From: a virus
Taxonomy: Duplodnaviria; Caudoviricetes
DNA length: 41,520 nucleotides
Virus record (IMG/VR): IMGVR_UViG_3300036821_000042
Span: 1-41,520 of that record
Reading direction: 5' to 3' (one strand)
Part shown: positions 7,315 through 15,817 of the stretch, piece by piece
How the letters are laid out: every line of letters begins with the position of its first letter
Numbering within the stretch: the stretch's first letter is position 1
Program-made: the position numbers and the translations under genes
The notes under the pieces: generated by a model
What the model saw: the letters and a program-made list of their open reading frames with translations, nothing else
Told to the model about the DNA's origin: nothing
Databases searched by the model: none

Positions 7315-9030
7315 ATGCTGCGCATCCCTCAAACCCCGGCCACGTTTGTTACCTGGGTGAAAGAGCTGGCGGACGAGTGCATGGCCAGCTCGGAGGAGCG
7401 CGGGATGGTCTACGTCCGCGCTGGTGCGTACTACTATAGCGGCACCTACGACAACCGCGCTTCCATCTACAACAAGGTCAAGCCGTTCATCGACAAGTTG
7501 GCTGGATTCCTGATGCAGCCAACTGATGTGCGCTATCAGATTGTTTTCGACTCGACCGAAGAAGATACCATGCTCGACCGCGCGCAGGTGGTGTCGGAAA
7601 AGCTAACGGCCGACTATCGACAGACTGATTCAGACATCACGTTCGCCGAGACCGTAGTGTGGGCACTGGTGAACGGCGCGCATCTGCTCAAGCATGTACC
7701 GGACCACGAGGGTTTCAAGATCGCGCCGGTACATCCGCAGAATTTCGGTGTGCTGAACGAGACGATTCTCAGCCTGGACGAGCAGGAGGCGTTTTGCCAC
7801 GTCTCGTATCCGAGCCTGTCCCGGTTGCGGTCAATGCTGCGGGAAGCGAAACACCCGGAAGCGAGCAAAATCATCGCGCGCCTGGAGCAGGAGGCCGCCC
7901 GCACCTCCAAGCAGGACGAGGAGCCAACTTATTTCCATCAGATGGTTGTCGGCGGGCTGCAGCCGCTGGGCAATGTCGGCGATGCACCATCGTCCGCTGC
8001 CGGTATCGTCAACGTGTTCCCAACGCCCGTACCGTGGCGTCCGAATCGCAAACTAACGCCGACCGTCAAACACTGCGAGCTGTGGATCAAGGACCAAGAG
8101 AGAGACGGCGACTACACCACCGTCCAGTTCGTCTACCCCGACATCATTTTGGAAGGACAGGACACGCGGCGCAATCTGTCGCGCATCCCAGGCCGACAGC
8201 CGTTTGTGAAGGTTCAAGGTCAGCCGACCCCCGGCTATTTCTGGGGCCGCTCGCTGATTGCCGACGTGCAGATGCTGCAGGACCTCCTGAACAAGCGGCT
8301 GCGCGACCTCAAGATCATGTGGGATCGCAACGTCGCCGCGCCGCAGCTGCTGTCTGGGTTCACGTCAGTTACCGAGGAAATGTATTTCAAGATCATCAAC
8401 GAGGGCGGCTTCCTCAACGACCCTAATCCAAATGCCAAATCTCAGAAGCTGCTCGACCCGCCGCCCGAGAACTACCTTGAGGAGCTGGAGTTCATCTGGA
8501 AAATGTTTGACGAGGCATCCGGGTTCAGCCCGATCATGTCCGGCCAGGGCGAGCCCGGTGTGCGGGCTGGCGTTCATGCGCAAACCTTGGTTCGAACATC
8601 GTCACCCCGACTGATCGACCAAGCGGCGCGTATCGAGCGCCAGCTCGCCGAGAGCGGCTACCTCTCGCTGCGACTCATGCAGGCGCAGGATGCTTTCATC
8701 TACAAGACTGACAAGGGGACGGAGTTTTTGCTCAGTGATCTCGCCGACAATTTCCAGGTGCAGGTGGACAGCCATAGTGCGTCGCCAGCTTTCGCCGAGG
8801 ATAACCGTCAAGTGGCCATTGCTCTTGCACGCGCAGGTGCGATTGACTCCGAGGACCTTATTCACATGCTGCATCCGCCTGGAGCCGAATTGCTGCTTGC
8901 GAGATTGCGACAGCGCCAGAAGGCCCAGGCCAAAGCTGCACAGGAGGAAAAACAGGAGGGCCTGATCAGGGACGTGCTGCACCTACCCGACCGTGGCGCC
9001 CGTTCCCAGGCTGGACGTAAGCGCAAGTAA
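7315..9030 (+). CDS. Portal protein
   Basis: About 570 aa, directly after the terminase block and before scaffold/capsid; 'GYFWGRSLIADVQMLQDLLNKR' resembles portal motifs; helical C-terminus. Confidence 0.75.
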   Translation: MLRIPQTPATFVTWVKELADECMASSEERGMVYVRAGAYYYSGTYDNRASIYNKVKPFIDKLAGFLMQPTDVRYQIVFDSTEEDTMLDRAQVVSEKLTADYRQTDSDITFAETVVWALVNGAHLLKHVPDHEGFKIAPVHPQNFGVLNETILSLDEQEAFCHVSYPSLSRLRSMLREAKHPEASKIIARLEQEAARTSKQDEEPTYFHQMVVGGLQPLGNVGDAPSSAAGIVNVFPTPVPWRPNRKLTPTVKHCELWIKDQERDGDYTTVQFVYPDIILEGQDTRRNLSRIPGRQPFVKVQGQPTPGYFWGRSLIADVQMLQDLLNKRLRDLKIMWDRNVAAPQLLSGFTSVTEEMYFKIINEGGFLNDPNPNAKSQKLLDPPPENYLEELEFIWKMFDEASGFSPIMSGQGEPGVRAGVHAQTLVRTSSPRLIDQAARIERQLAESGYLSLRLMQAQDAFIYKTDKGTEFLLSDLADNFQVQVDSHSASPAFAEDNRQVAIALARAGAIDSEDLIHMLHPPGAELLLARLRQRQKAQAKAAQEEKQEGLIRDVLHLPDRGARSQAGRKRK

Positions 9031-9070
9031 GGGTGTAGCTTTCCCGACCGCGACACTCCGGGGTAGCAGA

Positions 9071-9616
9071 ATGGCGTTCACCGACTCCGCTGACATGACC
9101 GACGAACCGTCTGGTGGCGGCGGTGGCGGCGGTGGCGGTGGCGGTGGCGGTGATGGCGCAGCTCCTGGCGGGCCAAGCGGACCAGCGCCTCCCGGTGGCG
9201 GTCCGATTCTAGCGGCGCTCGCACGACGCAGTATGCAGCCGCCAGTCTCGACGCCCGGTCCCGGCAACATGGCGCAGGGTCTGATGATGTTGAAGCAAGC
9301 GGTAGACATCATCCATCAGGCGCTCCCTAACTTGGAAGCCGGGAGCAAGCCGCACAACGACGCTACCAAAGCACTCACGTTCATTTCGCGACATCTGCCG
9401 CAAGGTGCGCCGACCGCTGGAGTCCAGCAGACGCAGCTCGGTGACATGATGCGCAACCTGTCGCGCAATCCGATCCTGCAGAAGATCATGCAGGGCCAAG
9501 GACCGCAGCAAGGCGCTGGCGGGGCTGGCGGCGGTGGTGCCGGCGGCGGTCAGCAGCAACAACAGCCGGGGATGCCGACCCAGCCCCTCCCATCGACACC
9601 GCTACCTGGAGCCTGA
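9071..9616 (+). CDS. Gly/Pro/Gln-rich head-morphogenesis protein
   Basis: ATG at 9071; 13-Gly run and a helical core; lies between portal and scaffold. Confidence 0.7.
   Translation: MAFTDSADMTDEPSGGGGGGGGGGGGGDGAAPGGPSGPAPPGGGPILAALARRSMQPPVSTPGPGNMAQGLMMLKQAVDIIHQALPNLEAGSKPHNDATKALTFISRHLPQGAPTAGVQQTQLGDMMRNLSRNPILQKIMQGQGPQQGAGGAGGGGAGGGQQQQQPGMPTQPLPSTPLPGA
9113..9151 (+). repeat. (GGY)13 trinucleotide run encoding poly-Gly
   Basis: ggt/ggc codons repeated 13 times. Confidence 0.85.
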
Positions 9617-9719
9617 TAAATGACCTACGCTCCGATGCGCCGCCGTCGCGAACGACAGCTGAACCAGCGCAATCGGGAACGTCAGGCGAAAGTTGCGCGA
9701 CTGCAAGAGGAGTATCACT

Positions 9720-9905
9720 ATGGCACAGAACCGATCATACGACCCGCCGATCACCTCCCCACCCGAGACACCGCCGCGCACCGTCCTGCAGGTGGACACC
9801 CAGAGCGAGATCAGTGAGTGGGGCGCGATCTCTAAGGTCGTGCCGAAGCCCGAGGGCGGCGTGCCGCTGCAACCGAGCATCATCGGCAAGAACAACTCCA
9901 ACTAG
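9720..9905 (+). CDS. Small hypothetical head-region protein
   Basis: GAGGAG RBS then ATG at 9720 (MAQNRSYDPPITSPP). Confidence 0.7.
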   Translation: MAQNRSYDPPITSPPETPPRTVLQVDTQSEISEWGAISKVVPKPEGGVPLQPSIIGKNNSN

Positions 9906-9932
9906 AGCGCGTTCTGAGTTTCGGAGTGTGAC

Positions 9933-10481
9933 ATGGCAAAGCGCGAGATCGAGGACGACGAGTACAACTTTCTGCAAAGCCGTAAACAGGTCGCGGATTT
10001 TGTCGAGAGCATCTATAACGATCCCGCGCTTTCGCGCGATGCCAAGGCGCTGATCAAGCGCAAATATCCGACGCTGCAAATCCCCGACTACGACATCGAG
10101 GAGAAGGTTGACGCGCGCTTCGCCAAGGAGAAGCAGGAGCGCGACGATGCCGAGTCCAAGAAGCGGGAGAAGGAGGAGAACGACCGCATCACCAACGCGC
10201 GGAAACGCACGCAGGACGATTACGGCTTCACCGACGATGCCATGAAGCGGCTGGAAGCTATGATGGTCGAGCGCAACATCGGCGACTACGAGGTCGCAGC
10301 GAGCTACATGGCGGCCAAGGAACCAAAAACGAGCGAGCCCACCTTCGATAACCAGCGATGGAATCATCAGAAGGCAGACGGATTCGCCGAAATAGCCAAA
10401 GACCCAGAGGAGTGGGGACGGAACGAGATTATGAAAACGCTCGTCAAATCGCAGGCGGACGAGCGTAACGGGAGGTTCTAA
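9933..10481 (+). CDS. Putative scaffolding protein
   Basis: Charged coiled-coil protein immediately upstream of, and TAATG-coupled to, the capsid gene. Confidence 0.65.
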   Translation: MAKREIEDDEYNFLQSRKQVADFVESIYNDPALSRDAKALIKRKYPTLQIPDYDIEEKVDARFAKEKQERDDAESKKREKEENDRITNARKRTQDDYGFTDDAMKRLEAMMVERNIGDYEVAASYMAAKEPKTSEPTFDNQRWNHQKADGFAEIAKDPEEWGRNEIMKTLVKSQADERNGRF

Positions 10482-11488
10482 TGCCCATCCTCGGCGCGGG
10501 CCTGATCCCAAGCGGACCTATTGGTCTCGAACTAGAAGCGACCGTCCGGCGCGTGTTTGCCCAGATGGTGGTGATTCTGATCTACAAACAGAATCCGCTG
10601 ATGGCGCTCCTCCTCAGAAATGCCATCCGCGCATCGGGCGGTGTCTCGCCCTACACGCAGCCGGTGCAGACCGGCAAATATGTCACCTCGTCGTGGATCG
10701 GCCCAGCTGGGCAGTTCAACTTGCCGACTGACGTAGCGGCCACGGTGAACGCCGAGTTCAACATGTGCGCGCTCGCCACGCCGGTCAGCTCGCTCGGACT
10801 CGAGCAGCTCGTGACGCAAGACGCTATCGCCGTCGCTTCGCGTCTGATGCTCAAGCTGAACGATCTCAAGAACTCTGCGCTGGAAGCACTCGCGACCGCG
10901 CTGTTCACATCGAACGGCGGCAACGTGCTCCAGATGTTTGGACTCCTGGACGCTTTCGGCAATGCTGGCGTCTACGGCGGCCTCGACCGCGCCACCTACC
11001 CGACCTGGGCAGGCACGGTAGTCCCGGCCGCAGGCCCGGTGCTCACCCGCTCCACGTTCATCCCGCTGTTGCTGCGCGCGGTTAAGGCATCGGGCGGCGA
11101 GGCGCTGGATTTCGTCGTCATGTCCATCGAGGATTGGACAACGCTACTGACCGATTTCATGTCCGTCGAGCGCTACAACAACGACCCCAGCTCGCGGTGG
11201 GGCAAGGACGATCCGGTCAATAGCGGCTTCCGAGGGTTGCTGCTCGGCGATACGCCGCTGTTCTTCGACCTCAACTGTCCGGTCGGAACCGCTATCGGCT
11301 TCAACAGCCGCTACATCACGCTGGTCATCCACGAGGACGCGAACTTTGCCTGGACCGGCTGGTATTCGACCATCCCGCAAGGACAGATCGCCAGCGTTGG
11401 CTTGAGCCTCACAGCGCTCAATCTCGTGGCCAGCAAGCCGTCAACCGGCCTTCTCATCGAAGGCATCACGGGAGGAGCACCATTTTGA
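10481..11488 (+). CDS. Major capsid protein (HK97 fold expected)
   Basis: 335 aa; position; 'QMFGL...YGGLDRATYPTW' and 'SGFRGLLLGDTPLFFD-NCP-G' resemble motifs of phage major capsid proteins. Confidence 0.85.
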   Translation: MPILGAGLIPSGPIGLELEATVRRVFAQMVVILIYKQNPLMALLLRNAIRASGGVSPYTQPVQTGKYVTSSWIGPAGQFNLPTDVAATVNAEFNMCALATPVSSLGLEQLVTQDAIAVASRLMLKLNDLKNSALEALATALFTSNGGNVLQMFGLLDAFGNAGVYGGLDRATYPTWAGTVVPAAGPVLTRSTFIPLLLRAVKASGGEALDFVVMSIEDWTTLLTDFMSVERYNNDPSSRWGKDDPVNSGFRGLLLGDTPLFFDLNCPVGTAIGFNSRYITLVIHEDANFAWTGWYSTIPQGQIASVGLSLTALNLVASKPSTGLLIEGITGGAPF

Positions 11489-11739
11489 ACTGGATGACTA
11501 CCTACTGGCCGCCACGACCCATCGCGTTGCCGACAGGGCCTCCGCATTATGTGATCCCCTGTTCGAGTACTCTTGACCCGCCGTTCTCCTTTCAGACGCC
11601 GACCTTCCCGTTCCCGCGTTTCCCACTGCCGTTTGAGAGCGAGACGCGAGCGTGCGGAACTGGTCTGATTCGCGGGACCGTGTGGCCAGTGCAACCGTCG
11701 TGGATACCGTGGCAGCAGCAGCAGCTCGCGCGGAGGTAG
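11485..11739 (+). CDS. Pro/aromatic-rich small protein, probably virion-associated
   Basis: TTG start overlapping the capsid stop, with GGAGGAG RBS. Confidence 0.6.
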   Translation: MNWMTTYWPPRPIALPTGPPHYVIPCSSTLDPPFSFQTPTFPFPRFPLPFESETRACGTGLIRGTVWPVQPSWIPWQQQQLARR

Positions 11740-11742
11740 GCC

Positions 11743-12411
11743 GTGCCGAGAAAAAGGAATGAGCACCGAGAGATCGCGCTGCTGGCGGCCCCGAATGTCA
11801 ATGACGTTGTTCCAAACGGCGGTTTGCTGAACACTGCCAACCCGGTCACGATCACCGGCCTAGGCTTTACGGGCGCGACGGGAGTCACGTTCGGCGGCAT
11901 CGCCGCGACCAGTCTCGTTGTAGTCAGCGATACCGAAATCACCGTAGACACGCCGCTCGTTACTGCTCCTGCCGTGGTGGACGTCACAGTCACCACCCCC
12001 TCGGGCAGCAACACCATGTTCAATGGGTATCGCTTCGCCCCAGCTGGGCTTTTCCCGGCTTTCACACCGATTGTTCCCCCTCCATTGTTCGGTGTGGGAG
12101 GTGGGCCAGCTCCGACGTTCCCGCCGCCGACGCCGCCCCCGATTGGCCATGTGCCTCCCGGTGTCCTTGTCGGACCCGCGATTGCTCCTGCTGGCGTGCC
12201 GCCGTCTCTAGCGGGCATCACGCAGCCACAGTTCGGAAGCGGCAGCGCTACCTCGCCGGTAGTCAGCGGCTATTTCCCGGTGTTCACCACGACGTTTCCG
12301 GTGCCGACAATCGTCGTTGACGGTTCCAATTTTGCCGTAACTGCGCCGGGGACGCCTCCCTGGATTGCACACCCGCCGCCCTCTACGCCCTCAACAGCGC
12401 CGATCCCATAA
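11743..12411 (+). CDS. IPT/TIG (Ig-like) domain protein with Pro-rich tail; candidate capsid decoration protein
   Basis: 'P-V--V-P-GG...VTITGLGFTGATGVTFGG...VVSDTEITVDTP...VDVTVTTPSG' matches the IPT/TIG pattern; GGAGG RBS. Confidence 0.8.
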   Translation: MPRKRNEHREIALLAAPNVNDVVPNGGLLNTANPVTITGLGFTGATGVTFGGIAATSLVVVSDTEITVDTPLVTAPAVVDVTVTTPSGSNTMFNGYRFAPAGLFPAFTPIVPPPLFGVGGGPAPTFPPPTPPPIGHVPPGVLVGPAIAPAGVPPSLAGITQPQFGSGSATSPVVSGYFPVFTTTFPVPTIVVDGSNFAVTAPGTPPWIAHPPPSTPSTAPIP

Positions 12412-12423
12412 GCTGATGCGCCC

Positions 12424-13116
12424 ATGCTGGCCCAGTACATCAGCGAGGTTCAGGATTTTCTGAACGATCAGCAGGGGCAATTTTTCACGATCCCCCGGCT
12501 GACGAGTTTCATCAACAAGGCCCGCCGTCGTGTTGCAGGCGCATCCAGCTGCTTGCGCGTGCTGCCTCCCGGCACGCAGACGAAACCGAAGCAGGAGGTC
12601 TACCCGTTTTCCGACTGGAGTTCGCTCGTTCAAAAGCAGATGCCGGGAGTGCAGAGCGTTCTACATTGCCGCTCGCTCGCCGTGGCAATAGGACCGGGCG
12701 GATGGAAGCCAACTTGGCGGCGGCTGATCTGGACCGATTTTCAGGCGCGCTTCCGAATCTACAACGGTACGTTCTACGGGATACTGAGCGAGCCGGGATG
12801 GTGGTCGCAGTTCGGAGCTGGACCGCTGGGGCAGATTTATCTCGCGCCGATCCCGTCACAGTCAACGCCGATGGACGTGGACCTCACTTGCATCCCGTCG
12901 CCGCTGCTCACCGATAACGATCCCGAGCCGATCCCCTATCCGTGGACCGATGCCGTGAGCTACTGGGCTACGGTGTTGTGCCTGCTAGGACAGCAGCGGA
13001 GGGAAGATGCGACGGCTATGGCACAGCTTTTCAACAGTGATCTGCCAATGTGCGCCTCGATTGTCTGCCCGCAGATGATTCAGAACCCCTACGGAGCCAC
13101 AATCAGGTCGGCTTGA
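12424..13116 (+). CDS. Putative head-tail adaptor protein
   Basis: 230 aa; 'LTSFINKARRRV', 'IYLAPIPS' and 'PEPIPYPWTDAVSYWA' resemble phage adaptor proteins; position. Confidence 0.65.
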   Translation: MLAQYISEVQDFLNDQQGQFFTIPRLTSFINKARRRVAGASSCLRVLPPGTQTKPKQEVYPFSDWSSLVQKQMPGVQSVLHCRSLAVAIGPGGWKPTWRRLIWTDFQARFRIYNGTFYGILSEPGWWSQFGAGPLGQIYLAPIPSQSTPMDVDLTCIPSPLLTDNDPEPIPYPWTDAVSYWATVLCLLGQQRREDATAMAQLFNSDLPMCASIVCPQMIQNPYGATIRSA

Positions 13117-13141
13117 CGAGTCAGGGCATTCTCTTTACACT
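13113..13141 (+). promoter_or_regulatory. Sigma70-type promoter of the wHTH moron
   Basis: TTGACG, 17-nt spacer, TACACT; GGAG RBS then GTG at 13165. Confidence 0.65.
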
Positions 13142-13164
13142 CCGGTTTTTCTTGGAGAAAAACC

Positions 13165-13590
13165 GTGGTTCAGCCAATATGCCCTCTCTCTGGCCGGCCC
13201 TGCCAGCACAAGCTGCTTGTAACCGGCCCGGTGCGTCAACGCATTGTCGATGTGCTTGCGAGCAGACCGCATGGTGTTACGCGGGACCAACTGATCTGGT
13301 TAGTCTATGGTGATGACCCCAATGGTGGGCCGGATAGCCCAAACACGATCTGCGTTCTAATCTGGCACAGCAACAAGCAGCTGCGTCCGCAGGGCTACGA
13401 GATTTCGGCCACTCGCGGGCGTGGCTCGGTCTACCGTTTGTGGAGGTACGATGCCAGTACAGAGCGCAAACCCGCCCGACATCATCACGCTGCAGCAGTG
13501 GGCGGGGATCAACCAGCAAGTCCCGCGCGGCTCAATAGACGATCAAGAGCTGTTCTGGCAAGAAAACCTGTATTCAATCGGACCGGGTAG
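13165..13590 (+). CDS. OmpR/PhoB-type winged-helix DNA-binding protein
   Basis: 'QRIVDVLASRP-GVTRDQLIWLVYGDD...NTICVLI...NKQL...ISATRGRGSVYRL' follows the Trans_reg_C pattern. Confidence 0.75.
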   Translation: MVQPICPLSGRPCQHKLLVTGPVRQRIVDVLASRPHGVTRDQLIWLVYGDDPNGGPDSPNTICVLIWHSNKQLRPQGYEISATRGRGSVYRLWRYDASTERKPARHHHAAAVGGDQPASPARLNRRSRAVLARKPVFNRTG

Positions 13591-15100
13591 TCTGCGCTCC
13601 TGCTGGGGGCCATCCGCCGCCATTTACACGGTGCCAGCTGGCGGCGCCACCATCCTCCGAATGTTCTTCGGATACTACGGCAAGAACACTCCGCAGTTCT
13701 CCGCACCACCTCCCGGCCGCATGGGCTGGATGATGCTGTCGGATGGAAACGTGGATGAGGTCGATCTTGATACGTTCGAGGTCACTCGCCTCGGTCAAAT
13801 CTGGCAACCAGTCACGCCTAACTATTGGGGCTCGATCAAGGTGTGGCGACCGCAATGGATCGGAGCCACGGTCGGACAACAAGGCGGTATCGTCATCGGC
13901 TCGCCGCAAGGACTGTATGCCTGGGACGGTACGACACTCTCGTCGCCCGGTGATCCCTCGCCGGAATGGTTGAGCAACGAGGTTCCCGGTGTCGATCCGA
14001 TCTCGCCCATGCCGCAGGGGTTGCCCGGTATCTACTGCATGGAGGTCTACAACGAGCGGCTATGGGTCGCTGGCAAGAACGTGATCAGTTTTTCGGGACC
14101 TTCCAACGGGGCGAATTTCTCGACAGCGCTCGGCGGCGGCAGCTTCGGCTACTACGGAGACAGCCTGACCTACGCCTACATGGACCTCGCCGCTAACGCT
14201 GGCTACATGTACGTTTTCGGCGACAGCTCGACCGACATCATCAGCAACCTGCAATTCACGGCTGGCGTCGTTGGACCGCCGCCAACAGCGACCGTCACGA
14301 ATTTCACCTACTCGAATCTCGATCCAATGGTGGGCCACGGCTTCCCGCGCCCGGTCGGACGCTGGGGCCGCTATTTCGTGATGTGCAACGGTGATCCGCG
14401 CAACGGCATGGAAACCGACCCGCAATCCGGCCGTGGCGGCATCTACGAAATGACGGGCGGCGATGCGCAGCTGATCAGCCAGAAGGTGACGAACATCTAC
14501 ACGACGCTCGATGCCAGCACGTTCATGCCGACGTTTTGCGAAATGACGATGTTCGGATTCCGCATCTTGCTGCTCAACGGACTGTTCACCGATCCGTGGA
14601 AGCGCAAGCGTCCGATGCTGCTCGCCTGGAACGGCGCGCAGTGGTGCGTGATGAGCCAGCACTACAATCTGACGCACATTGGGGCCTACGAGGACAACAG
14701 CGTCATCATCCCTTACGGCACGGACGGGACGAGTCTCTACCGACTGTTCAATCAACCGGATGCCGCGCTGGTCAAACGATTCTCGACCAAGAGGCTGCGC
14801 GGGACTGGACCGGCAATGCTCACGATCAAGAATTGGAAACGGTTGTTCCTCGAATTTACCGACATCTTTGGCGGCGGCGTTTCGCTCACCGGCAGCATGA
14901 CATCAGGCGGCGGCGGTGTGCCGGGTGGTGTGCAGGACATCGGTTTCCAGCTCACGCAGGGAGTCCCCGACTCAATCGAGCCGCAGCCGACTGAGGGGTC
15001 GGGCATCTGGGCGGGTATTGACCTTGAGAGCGTTTCGCCTGATTTTATCATCGAGCGGCTACATGTGGCCGCTGAACAGCGTACCCTGTTTGGGGCGTAA
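13451..15100 (+). CDS. Tail tubular/nozzle (DNA stabilisation) protein
   Basis: About 550 aa, beta-propeller-like ('VYNERLWVAG...ISFS'); GGAGG RBS before ATG 13451; follows the adaptor as in podoviruses. Confidence 0.7.
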   Translation: MPVQSANPPDIITLQQWAGINQQVPRGSIDDQELFWQENLYSIGPGSLRSCWGPSAAIYTVPAGGATILRMFFGYYGKNTPQFSAPPPGRMGWMMLSDGNVDEVDLDTFEVTRLGQIWQPVTPNYWGSIKVWRPQWIGATVGQQGGIVIGSPQGLYAWDGTTLSSPGDPSPEWLSNEVPGVDPISPMPQGLPGIYCMEVYNERLWVAGKNVISFSGPSNGANFSTALGGGSFGYYGDSLTYAYMDLAANAGYMYVFGDSSTDIISNLQFTAGVVGPPPTATVTNFTYSNLDPMVGHGFPRPVGRWGRYFVMCNGDPRNGMETDPQSGRGGIYEMTGGDAQLISQKVTNIYTTLDASTFMPTFCEMTMFGFRILLLNGLFTDPWKRKRPMLLAWNGAQWCVMSQHYNLTHIGAYEDNSVIIPYGTDGTSLYRLFNQPDAALVKRFSTKRLRGTGPAMLTIKNWKRLFLEFTDIFGGGVSLTGSMTSGGGGVPGGVQDIGFQLTQGVPDSIEPQPTEGSGIWAGIDLESVSPDFIIERLHVAAEQRTLFGA

Positions 15101-15130
15101 ACACCGCACTCGAAAGAGGAGAAGGGCAGA

Positions 15131-15205
15131 ATGGCAAGACGCCGTGGCCACAGACTCAGGATGACACGACGCGCACGTCGTATCCGTGCGCGGCGTCGTC
15201 GCTAA
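15131..15205 (+). CDS. Protamine-like microprotein P1 (24 aa, 14 Arg)
   Basis: MARRRGHRLRMTRRARRIRARRRR*; GAGGAG upstream; not in the ORF track. Confidence 0.75.
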   Translation: MARRRGHRLRMTRRARRIRARRRR

Positions 15206-15243
15206 TCACCGGGGCAGTTTGCCCCTAAACAGGGAGAGCCAGC

Positions 15244-15306
15244 ATGGCACGCAGAGGACGTAAAGCCCGCAGGCGCGGTGGTCGCAGGCGGCGCGGGAGA
15301 CGGTAA
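15244..15306 (+). CDS. Protamine-like microprotein P2 (20 aa, 12 Arg)
   Basis: MARRGRKARRRGGRRRRGRR*; AGGGAG RBS; preceded by the hairpin ggggca-gtt-tgcccc. Confidence 0.75.
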   Translation: MARRGRKARRRGGRRRRGRR

Positions 15307-15486
15307 ATGCCAGCCCCGCGTATTGGATCAGCGTTCAACAATGCGCGGAATCTGAGTAGGCAGGCTAATCCCCTCAGACCGGGGGATGCTCGGCCGTTCA
15401 AGCCCGTCATCCCCCGACCCAATTCCTATCGCAAGGGACCGCACATGTCGTCCCGCGCGACGATGCGCAAAATGCGGAGGCTTTGA
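15307..15486 (+). CDS. Basic microprotein P3 (59 aa, 11 Arg, 3 Lys)
   Basis: MPAPRIGSAFNNARNLSRQANPLRPGDARPFKPVIPRPNSYRKGPHMSSRATMRKMRRL*; ATG directly after the P2 stop; GGGAG RBS. Confidence 0.7.
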   Translation: MPAPRIGSAFNNARNLSRQANPLRPGDARPFKPVIPRPNSYRKGPHMSSRATMRKMRRL

Positions 15487-15665
15487 TGGCAAGAGGCACC
15501 GATCTCGGGCCACGCAGTCGCGTGGACCCGGCTGGGCGTATGGGAAGCCGTCGCCCAAGGACCGAGGTGCCTGCCTCGCGAACTCGCGCCACCTACGCCA
15601 GGGACTGCAGCCCACACGGCGGCGGTCACAGGCAACGGCGCTCGCGGCGAGGAGGCAGGTACTGA
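15486..15665 (+). CDS. Basic microprotein P4 (59 aa, 16 Arg)
   Basis: MARGTDLGPRSR...HRQRRSRRGGRY*; TGATG coupling; GGAGG RBS. Confidence 0.7.
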   Translation: MARGTDLGPRSRVDPAGRMGSRRPRTEVPASRTRATYARDCSPHGGGHRQRRSRRGGRY

Positions 15666-15817
15666 TGGCTCGTAACCGAAGATTCGGTCGATCCGGCCCG
15701 GTGCGAAAGCTACCGTGGTCGGGCGAGGGACGCTTCGGTTCACGAGCGCCTTACCGGCGCGGGCGCTCGCCGCGCATCGGAGGGCGAACCGGCCCGGTAA
15801 GGGGTGCGAGACGGTGA
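15665..15817 (+). CDS. Basic Arg/Gly-rich microprotein P5 (50 aa, 15 Arg)
   Basis: MARNRRFGRSGPVRKLPWSGEGRFGSRAPYRRGRSPRIGGRTGPVRGARR*; TGATG coupling; AGGAGG RBS. Confidence 0.7.
   Translation: MARNRRFGRSGPVRKLPWSGEGRFGSRAPYRRGRSPRIGGRTGPVRGARR

Noticed and set aside
11471-11490. Programmed frameshift at the capsid stop (GGAGGAG...TTT TGA)
   Set aside because: The next ORF is in the -1 frame with no slippery heptamer, and +1 gives only about 30 aa. GGAGGAG is well spaced as the RBS for the TTG at 11485.
15386-15817. 143-aa ORF from the track
   Set aside because: No RBS at its start; its 3' end is P5 (ATG 15665), and the upstream part overlaps the coupled P3 and P4.
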